Part shown: piece after piece, positions 57,250 to 64,000 of the stretch | How the letters are laid out: every line of letters starts with the position of its first letter | How positions within the stretch are numbered: the stretch's first letter is position 1 | Origin: Armatimonadota bacterium | GTDB lineage: Bacteria > Armatimonadota > Fimbriimonadia > Fimbriimonadales > Fimbriimonadaceae | Length of the DNA stretch: 64,000 bases | Direction of reading: 5' to 3' | NCBI GenBank assembly: GCA_031400935.1 | Contig: JANNQV010000032.1 | Span: 1 to 64,000 of the forward strand | Program-made: the position numbers and the translations under genes | The notes under the pieces: generated by a model | What the model was told of the DNA's origin: nothing | The model's database searches: none | The model's input: the letters and a program-made list of their open reading frames with translations, nothing else

Positions 57250-58119
57250 ATGAAAAAAACACTAACTAAAAATGTAGCTGTAGAGGCGAAACCTACTGCA
57301 GCAGTCAATGGAGTGCCCACCGAGGCACCGAAACCAACACCAGCGAAGAATGCTGTTGCGACTAAGAGGCCGGCTGCTAAGAAGCGGTCAGCAACCAAAA
57401 GAGTTGTGGCAAAGAAAGCTGCACCTGCTAAAAGAGCAGTTGCCAAAAAGGCTCCAGCCAAAAGAGTTGTGGCAAAGAAAGCTGCCACTGCTAAAAGAGC
57501 AGTTGCCAAGAAAGCGCCAGCCAAAAGAGTTGTGGCAAAGAAAGCTGCACCTGCAAGAACCACTCGCAAAGCCGTAGCGAAGCCCGCCGCGAGAACTAGA
57601 GTGGCAAAGCCAGTAGTGGCGCGCAGGGCGGGAAAAGCGGCTCCGAAAGGACGCGTAACGCAAGCGAGACCCGCTGGCAAGAAGATGTCGAAAGTTGACG
57701 CAAATAGCCTAGTCGCAGATTCGTTGGCTTCACTGAAGTCAGTCGAGCGATCGGCTCGGAAACTTTTGACTGAAATCCATCATCGGGAAGTCGAGATTGC
57801 GAAACTAAAGAGTCAAATTGTTGATCTGAATTCCTCTTTGAAGAGAGAGAAAAAGGCCAACAAGCGACAAGGCAGATCAGCTGAAAAAGTGCTGCTCAGA
57901 GCTCACGCATCGGTGAAACGACATGCGGCAAGGGCGAAGGAAGCAGCTGCGGCGGCTCCGGTTGCCAAGGCACCCAAAGTCAAGTTTTCGACACATTTGT
58001 CGAGAGCTGTTAAGAAATCGCCCGTGGCAAAGCCGAATGTGAAGAAACATGCGGCAAAGCACGCCAAGCACAGCAAAATCGCAGCCATGGGTAAGGAACT
58101 TGTCGCAAAGCTAGGTTAG
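57250..58119 (+). CDS. Histone H1-like Lys/Ala/Arg-rich protein with a coiled coil
   Basis: KRVVAKKAAPAKRAVAKKAPA repeats, highly basic; AAGGGGG RBS. Confidence 0.8.
   Translation: MKKTLTKNVAVEAKPTAAVNGVPTEAPKPTPAKNAVATKRPAAKKRSATKRVVAKKAAPAKRAVAKKAPAKRVVAKKAATAKRAVAKKAPAKRVVAKKAAPARTTRKAVAKPAARTRVAKPVVARRAGKAAPKGRVTQARPAGKKMSKVDANSLVADSLASLKSVERSARKLLTEIHHREVEIAKLKSQIVDLNSSLKREKKANKRQGRSAEKVLLRAHASVKRHAARAKEAAAAAPVAKAPKVKFSTHLSRAVKKSPVAKPNVKKHAAKHAKHSKIAAMGKELVAKLG
57395..57554 (+). repeat. In-frame 63-bp tandem repeat (about 2.5 copies)
   Basis: CCAAAAGAGTTGTGGCAAAGAAAGCTGC recurs at 57395, 57458 and 57521. Confidence 0.9.
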
Positions 58120-58134
58120 ACGCCGAGGAATGTA

Positions 58135-61100
58135 TTGAACAATCCAGACGACCAGAACATTGATCAGTTAGAAGAAGAGGCTTCGTCCGATACCGAAGAA
58201 TTGCTGGATGAAGAGTCCGACGATTCCGAGTTAGTTGAGGACGAAGCCGATTCTGAAGAATTGGAAGATGAAGCAGCGATCGAGGAAGAGCCAGAAGAGG
58301 ACGTTGAAGACGATGTTGAAGAAGTCGTCGAAGACGAAATCGTAGCTGACGACGTTGTCGAAGCCGAAGCGGAAGTCGAATCCGAGGTGGCCGTAACGCC
58401 CATGGCTGATGAAGAGGAGACGGAAGATCCCGCTCTTGCGGCTTTGATGGCTGGCGTTCACGCTTCTGATGCTGAGCCCGACAAGAACGACTCGAACGAG
58501 ACGTCTGAAGCGGCTAGCGAAGATGAGGACGGAGATTTGCCAATTGCAGAAATTGCAGCTGGAACCATTGCTCTTGGCGTTGCCGCCATGGCAATGGATG
58601 CTCAGCAGCAAGAACGTGACGCTAAGAAGAAACTGCAAGAAGAAGAGCGGATCGCCAAGGAAAAGGAACGAGAACAAAAACAGCTAGAGCGTGAAGCGGC
58701 GCAAAAGGCGTCCGCCGAAGCGCGAGAACAAGCGTCACAAGCAAGATCCGAAGCCAATCGCCTTCGAGCACCTGAAGGGGCTACAGATGCCGTACCGCCT
58801 GCTCGGCCGGAACGACCTGATAGGCCCGCTCCGCCAGCTTTTCCTCGGCCGCCATCTAAAGTGGCAGGGTTAGCTGTTCCGCCGCCTTCGGGATTTGGAG
58901 AAAGTGAAATCGGTGAGGCAGAGCCAAGTAACGAAAAAGACGGTTCGTTGCCAGATGCATCCTCCGTTCCCGTTACTGCTCCTATATCTTCGGCTTCGGT
59001 GCAGTCGAAACCAGTAGCCTTGTCGGGAGACATGGCAGAGAGGGAGGCTGCTAGAAGTGCGGCAATTGAAGCCAAAAAGGCCGAATCGGAGGCCAAGCGT
59101 TTGGCGCACCAAGCCATGCTGGATCAAAAGGCCGCCGAACGAAAAGCGGCGAACGAAAGTCGTCTCGGCGCTCGTGAAAGTTCCGGGGCAAGTCATGCTT
59201 CCGACTTTTCAGATTTGAGAGGCCCGGCTCCTGGCGCTCCTGCAGCAGGCGCGCCGATGAACGATAAGATGGCGAAAATGGCAGCACTTGCCGCCGGTGC
59301 CGGAAGTGTAGCGGGTGCTCTGACGACAAAATTGGCGCAAGCGAAAGCAGGGCAAGGCAGCCCGGTTGCTGCAGTTGCTGGGGCAAGTCCCGGCGCTCCT
59401 GCTGCGCCGCTTCCTCCTGGCGCAAACGATTATCTGGACATTATTCAACACTTGGATGCCCGTGCCGTTTTTCACAGTGAATATGCGGATGTCAAGCAGA
59501 AATACGAATCTCGACTGCTTGTGGGAACAGAAGTGCTTCAGTGCACCTTGGTCGGGCTTAACGCTGGACTTATTGATTCTGTGTATCGCAAGCTTTCAAA
59601 GCTTCCCGAACTGATGAGTCTCATTGACTGGAAGTATGTCGCCCTTGAACCTGTAATCGTTGTTTCAGACGCTGGACAAAAGCGCGATGTTCGCATTGAC
59701 GCAAGTTCTACGATCACAATAGGCCGTGATCCATCCAGTACGATTCCCATTCAATCTAGTTTTGTTTCGCGAAACCATGCCCAGATTGCAAACGCCTCAA
59801 AAAACCCGCATTTACCGCCACAATGGGTTTTAAAAGATCTGGGATCAACCCATGGAACGACTTTGAACGGCACGCCAGTTCGTGAATCAATGCGATTCAA
59901 TTCCGATGATAAAATAGAATTGGGAAGGGGTTTCGCCGCGACTGAGTACCCGAGTATCCAGCTCATCAGCCGCGCAATTCCTTACGGTCGAGACGATCTG
60001 ACCCGAATGGTTATTGACGTTGACCTGGTCATTTGTGTTGTTGAAGCGGACCGCGAGTTTGAAGGCCAGGCAAATCTGCTCAAGAACTTATCTGACGTTC
60101 AAAAGGTCGGGGGACTCTTAGTTGTCGCCGTATCTGGAAGTGGCCCCATTGAGGATTCGATGGAAGCGAATCTTGACGAACTTCGACATGCTTCCCGCGT
60201 TCTAAAGAGCACAGAGCTTACAAGATATTTGGCGGCGATTGATTCCGAAGACATTTCCACTGATGCCGAATGGTTACCTGGAGTAACGGAATTCATTGAT
60301 GGCTTCCGTCAACGTTCCCATGCAAATATCATTGAAAAAAGAAAGCAGATAACAAGAGAAGAGGTTGTCAATGAAATACGAAGCACTGGAAGCCGACTAG
60401 AGGACAGCCTTAGCAAAAAGTTAGAAGACTCAGAGCGCAATTTACAACGAGTTCAAGACGAACTTTCTATGGCACCTAGAAACTTGGGTTCTGCTGAGGT
60501 TCTACGAGACGATACTTTTAAAGCACTAAAGCAGACTTTGGACGACGATACAAACTTTTTCAGTGATCAGCTTAGGCCGGATAGCCTAAGTTACTATGCG
60601 GAGCGACTAGGTAAACAGCTTCTTACTAGGACTGAAGGTAGTACTCGAATGGAGTTGAACCTTGTTGAGCCGAATAACCTCCAAGATCCGCACCGTTGGA
60701 TGAATAGCGAACTGAGCATCTACGCTAGGCGTCATTTTGACCAGTTAGTCGCTCAAATCACGGGTCCCAGCCGTGATCCGCACGGGGTTATTGGCGTCTA
60801 TCAGAACCTGAGAGAGCTGTTGGGCGGGCATGAGAAGCTTAGAACTTCTGATCTTTTTTCCGACGAGAACTATTCTCGATACACACTAACCGATCTGAAT
60901 ACTCAGATGGCAAATGCATTAAGCACGAACTTTGTGGAATACGAGGCTACTTCGCAAGCCAAAATTGACAACATGATTATGTTCGTAATAAACAAAATGC
61001 GATTTGCTGTCATGTTTTATATGTCAATGTTCTCCATTATTGCTGTAGTTCTTGGCATGAGCCGTGGAAAGTTGAATAAGGCCTTTTCGGGCTCAATGGG

Positions 61101-61539
61101 AACATTTTGGTATTTCATTGCTGTTACAGCACTTATAATAGTTGCGTATTTTACTGTTCGCTCTTATAGGATGAACAAAAAAGACGTTATTGAGGAAGAA
61201 ATTGAAAAACTGCGCGACCAGTTGATCAAACATTATCAATCGGTGGCCAAGAAATTCGTGGAAGACGCAAAGCGAGTTCTCTCGGTCCACCTTTCGACGA
61301 TTGAGTCCAAAATTAAGCAAGATATGAGCACTCTTGGTAGCTCTCGAATGACAGAATCCGTCGCGACACGAAACAATCCGGTTTTGGATCAAGCGAAGAA
61401 GGAGCGCGACGACACACAAGCTCTGATTTATGCGATTGGACAGGAAAGAACCTGGGCGGAATCCGCCCAAAGTGCCTACACGCCATCGCCATTTGTGGCA
61501 GTGGCACCTGCAAGGCCGACAAGAACGCCGGCCCGGTAG
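58135..61539 (+). CDS. 1134-aa protein: polyacidic N-terminus, low-complexity linker, FHA domain, helical trunk, TM hairpin and coiled coil (pseudo-dynamin-like)
   Basis: D/E-rich first ~135 aa; FHA motifs IGRDP…VSRNHA…DLGSTHGT; two hydrophobic helices near the C-terminus; GAGG RBS and TTG start. Confidence 0.75.
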   Translation: MNNPDDQNIDQLEEEASSDTEELLDEESDDSELVEDEADSEELEDEAAIEEEPEEDVEDDVEEVVEDEIVADDVVEAEAEVESEVAVTPMADEEETEDPALAALMAGVHASDAEPDKNDSNETSEAASEDEDGDLPIAEIAAGTIALGVAAMAMDAQQQERDAKKKLQEEERIAKEKEREQKQLEREAAQKASAEAREQASQARSEANRLRAPEGATDAVPPARPERPDRPAPPAFPRPPSKVAGLAVPPPSGFGESEIGEAEPSNEKDGSLPDASSVPVTAPISSASVQSKPVALSGDMAEREAARSAAIEAKKAESEAKRLAHQAMLDQKAAERKAANESRLGARESSGASHASDFSDLRGPAPGAPAAGAPMNDKMAKMAALAAGAGSVAGALTTKLAQAKAGQGSPVAAVAGASPGAPAAPLPPGANDYLDIIQHLDARAVFHSEYADVKQKYESRLLVGTEVLQCTLVGLNAGLIDSVYRKLSKLPELMSLIDWKYVALEPVIVVSDAGQKRDVRIDASSTITIGRDPSSTIPIQSSFVSRNHAQIANASKNPHLPPQWVLKDLGSTHGTTLNGTPVRESMRFNSDDKIELGRGFAATEYPSIQLISRAIPYGRDDLTRMVIDVDLVICVVEADREFEGQANLLKNLSDVQKVGGLLVVAVSGSGPIEDSMEANLDELRHASRVLKSTELTRYLAAIDSEDISTDAEWLPGVTEFIDGFRQRSHANIIEKRKQITREEVVNEIRSTGSRLEDSLSKKLEDSERNLQRVQDELSMAPRNLGSAEVLRDDTFKALKQTLDDDTNFFSDQLRPDSLSYYAERLGKQLLTRTEGSTRMELNLVEPNNLQDPHRWMNSELSIYARRHFDQLVAQITGPSRDPHGVIGVYQNLRELLGGHEKLRTSDLFSDENYSRYTLTDLNTQMANALSTNFVEYEATSQAKIDNMIMFVINKMRFAVMFYMSMFSIIAVVLGMSRGKLNKAFSGSMGTFWYFIAVTALIIVAYFTVRSYRMNKKDVIEEEIEKLRDQLIKHYQSVAKKFVEDAKRVLSVHLSTIESKIKQDMSTLGSSRMTESVATRNNPVLDQAKKERDDTQALIYAIGQERTWAESAQSAYTPSPFVAVAPARPTRTPAR

Positions 61540-61662
61540 GCGGAGGGGTTTTGAGGTTTTGAGGTTTTGATTCGCCTGCAAAGTCCAAATTTCTCTAGAT
61601 TTCTTTCTACCAAACCACAACATTCTAACTTGATAGATTACGGCGAAAGAGGAGTTCATGTT

Positions 61663-61860
61663 CCCCTCTCCCTGGAGGAACGAGAGGGAGAGGGGGCAGG
61701 GGGTGAGGGTTCCGGAAAGTCTTGATTGAACTTATCTCATAGCTCCTTCAATCAAATGGAGCCTAGGAATCTGAAACATGAATCCGAGCGACCCTCTATC
61801 CCCTGCCCCTTTCTCCCTAATCGCGAAGATTCCATGGCGACGGATTAGGGAGAAAGGGGA
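61663..61860. repeat. Inverted pair of CCCCTCTCCC/GGGAGAGGGG palindromic elements
   Basis: Copies at 61663-61709 and 61792-61860 in opposite orientation. Confidence 0.7.
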
Positions 61861-61888
61861 ATTCGGAAATGACAACTCTCGTAACAAC

Positions 61889-61922
61889 AAAAAATTCCCC
61901 CCGCAATGCAGGGGGAATTTTT
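61889..61922. terminator. Bidirectional intrinsic terminator
   Basis: AAAAAATTCCCCCCGCAATGCAGGGGGAATTTTT between convergent operons. Confidence 0.88.
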
Positions 61923-61938
61923 GTAAACGTTTCCGATC

Positions 61939-62853
61939 TTAGAAAATCTCGGAAATGATCTCTTCAAGAGTAGTGAAGATTCCAATTACAGTCTCAACAC
62001 CGGCGTTGCAAGCGCTTGCCGCATCGCACATCGCGTCCTTCACTTCGGAGATTTGACTTCCGCGTTCCGTCATGATGTTTCCTGCTTCTTCAGTTCGTTC
62101 ACGAGTCTCGTTTCCTCGATCGTGAAGTTCCTGGCACTTGTTTTGCGTCTCATTATGAGTTTCTTCAACAGTCTGTCGGCTGTATTCGCTGACTTCCTCA
62201 GTAGTAGCCTCGACCTGCTGGTTCAACTCGTCTACGAGCTGTTCCATCGTGCTGGTGAAATCGTCAACAGTGCTTTGCACCATATCTGAAAAATCGCCAG
62301 AGATACGATCTTGGAGCGAAGAAACTCGTTCCTGCATCTGCTCTCCGATGCTAGACACGTGCTCGGTAGACTGGTCAGCCAATCTTTCGCACCAATTGGT
62401 TGAGTTCTCTTGGAACTGAGACATGAGGTCAATGATCTGCTCGAAGAAACTCTCAGAATGCTCTTCGGTTTCATCGTTCGCCTCTTCAACCTTTGTCTTC
62501 GCTTCGTCCGTGGATTCGGTAAGGGATTCAAACTTTTCGTTGGTTTCCTTCACCTTGTCTGCGAACTTTTCGGTCATCTCTTCGAGCTTCTCTTTGGACT
62601 TGTTGAACTCTTCCTTCGCATCTTTGACTTGATTTTCGAGTTCTTCATGTCGCTGTTCGAGTTCGCTTTTCAGCTGCTCGATCTTGTCCATCAGCTCTTT
62701 GATTTTATCTTCCGATTCTTGTTCTTCATCGTCTATTTTATGTCGAAAGTCATTAACTTCCTCATGCAAGCCTTCGATATCTTTTTGAACGCCTTCGTAG
62801 ATTTTCAGTGTTACATCTGCTTCCGCTTCTATTAGTTCTGCTGGGTTTGCCAT
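61939..62853 (-). CDS. Acidic all-helical apolipoprotein-like protein
   Basis: 304 aa, E/D/Q-rich amphipathic helices, hydrophobic C-terminal helix, no signal peptide, AGGAG RBS. Confidence 0.8.
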   Translation of the reverse strand: MANPAELIEAEADVTLKIYEGVQKDIEGLHEEVNDFRHKIDDEEQESEDKIKELMDKIEQLKSELEQRHEELENQVKDAKEEFNKSKEKLEEMTEKFADKVKETNEKFESLTESTDEAKTKVEEANDETEEHSESFFEQIIDLMSQFQENSTNWCERLADQSTEHVSSIGEQMQERVSSLQDRISGDFSDMVQSTVDDFTSTMEQLVDELNQQVEATTEEVSEYSRQTVEETHNETQNKCQELHDRGNETRERTEEAGNIMTERGSQISEVKDAMCDAASACNAGVETVIGIFTTLEEIISEIF

Positions 62854-62877
62854 TGTTTTTCTCCTGGACCTATGTCC

Positions 62878-63795
62878 TTACATGCACCCCATGAGGCCGC
62901 CGACCATATCGGTCAGACCTTCGAATACATCGCTTAGCGAATCGAGAATCTCTTCAACCCCTGAGTTAGAGCTGTTGCCTTCTTCGCTGGATCCGAATAT
63001 CTGATCAATTGCATCGTTGCCCACTTCAGTCAACTGGTCAACAAAATCTGTGATCAGTTGTTTGAGGGCGTCCTCGATCTGTTGCTGAGCCATGTCAATG
63101 ACTGAATCAATTCCACTTACGATGGCTTCTTCGGTCATTTGCTGCAAGGAATCTTTCATCGTTCCTGATGTATCTTCCATGGTTGACTTGGCTTTGTCAA
63201 ACTCGCTCGAGGTTCGATCTTGGTTGTCTGCCGTGTGGCTTTGGAAATCCGAAGTCGTGCTTGACGCATCGTCTTGCCTCGACTTGGTATCGTTGTGGAA
63301 GTTTTCGACGTCTCCCTTGAAGCTGTCGTGAGTGTCCGCTTGTTTGCTCTTCACATCACCCAGGGTCTGCGTATGGTTATCGAAGTGATCCTTCGTTTGG
63401 CCTTGGCGATCCTTCAGCTTTTCGTTAGTTTGATCGTGCGATTCCTTGAGGTTGTCCGAGCTTTCTTGAAGATCTTTCAGCTTATCCTTTGCATCAGATT
63501 CGCTTTCGTCAATCTGCTTACGCATATCTCCGAACTTCTCAGAAAGTTCATCGGCCTCGTCTTTCAGCTCATCGAGCCATTCTTCGGCTTCGCCTTGCAT
63601 CTTTTGTAGTAGCTCTTCAAGTTCATCGAGGGCTTTCTCGGCGTCTTCGCCAAGTTGCTCCAAATTGCTCTTGAATTCTTTTACTTCGTTTATCGCTTCT
63701 TCTATGTCGTCGGCCAAGTGGCCTACATCGTTGGGAACTTGTATTGCCGTATCCAACATATCGGTTACGGTTTGACTATCTGCTGCTCCTGCCAT
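62878..63795 (-). CDS. Acidic all-helical apolipoprotein-like protein
   Basis: 305 aa with the same composition and layout as its neighbour; identical RBS-start sequence. Confidence 0.8.
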   Translation of the reverse strand: MAGAADSQTVTDMLDTAIQVPNDVGHLADDIEEAINEVKEFKSNLEQLGEDAEKALDELEELLQKMQGEAEEWLDELKDEADELSEKFGDMRKQIDESESDAKDKLKDLQESSDNLKESHDQTNEKLKDRQGQTKDHFDNHTQTLGDVKSKQADTHDSFKGDVENFHNDTKSRQDDASSTTSDFQSHTADNQDRTSSEFDKAKSTMEDTSGTMKDSLQQMTEEAIVSGIDSVIDMAQQQIEDALKQLITDFVDQLTEVGNDAIDQIFGSSEEGNSSNSGVEEILDSLSDVFEGLTDMVGGLMGCM

Positions 63796-63815
63796 TGTTT
63801 TTCTCCTCTAATTTT

Positions 63816-64000
63816 CTAGAATGCGTCCATCAACATCTTGATGAACTCGACAACCTCTTTTACGACCATGAGGGCTGGCAACCAAGGCGAGATCGCACCA
63901 GTTATCGAAGCGCCAATGCCCATCTGGACTGTGCACTCGATAATCGTAGTGATCATTTCTTGGATGGCTTCTTGGATCATTCTCATAAAGAGCTCCTTGA
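63816..64000 (-). CDS. C-terminal 60 aa of a third helical protein, truncated by the window end
   Basis: Manual translation: KELFMRMIQEAIQEMITTIIECTVQMGIGASITGAISPWLPALMVVKEVVEFIKMLMDAF*. Not in the ORF track. Confidence 0.75.
   Translation of the reverse strand, partial: KELFMRMIQEAIQEMITTIIECTVQMGIGASITGAISPWLPALMVVKEVVEFIKMLMDAF

Noticed and set aside
57237..59475. Antisense ORFs (57237-57680, 58164-58403, 58602-59117 and others)
   Set aside because: Shadows of low-complexity sense-strand genes. Most other short overlapping ORFs in the track were rejected for the same reason.
61939..63795. WXG100 / type VII secretion substrates or phage tape-measure proteins
   Set aside because: About 300 aa with no WxG motif; no FtsK/EssC ATPase or phage structural genes in the window. 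This cannot be excluded beyond the edge.

Overview
Bacterial chromosomal window of about 50% GC. It is probably Armatimonadota (Fimbriimonadia-like), an inference from the '[16 protein letters not shown]' prepilin family and gene content. The first ~390 bp are AT-rich, look foreign and join the rest at a REP-like hairpin. Positions 0.4-47.6 kb are mostly housekeeping and envelope genes: rluE, carA, selA, ilvE, thrS, crcB, pyk, a VanW-G5 protein, a CocE/NonD hydrolase, a MacB-type permease, a zincin, GH2, DUF2961/GH172, an SdpA/DUF5819-like plus HTTM pair and a TPR protein. This part also holds two tandem prepilin + small lipoprotein cassettes, two paralogous secreted fibre-like proteins, heptamer repeats and many apparently leaderless genes. 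The best candidate for an undescribed system is 47.8-64 kb. It has two Hanks Ser/Thr kinases (one with G5 sensors, one with FHA), a PP2C, two TolB-like propellers with exported CxxC ribbons, a lipoprotein-vWA-TM-FHA protein and a histone-H1-like protein. These are followed by a 1134-aa polyacidic/FHA/pseudo-dynamin-like membrane protein and a convergent run of at least three helical proteins that continues past the window end; the two complete ones are acidic and share an identical RBS-start sequence. No CRISPR array, rRNA, tRNA, integrase or transposase was recognised. All calls come from reading motifs by eye; no database searches were run.
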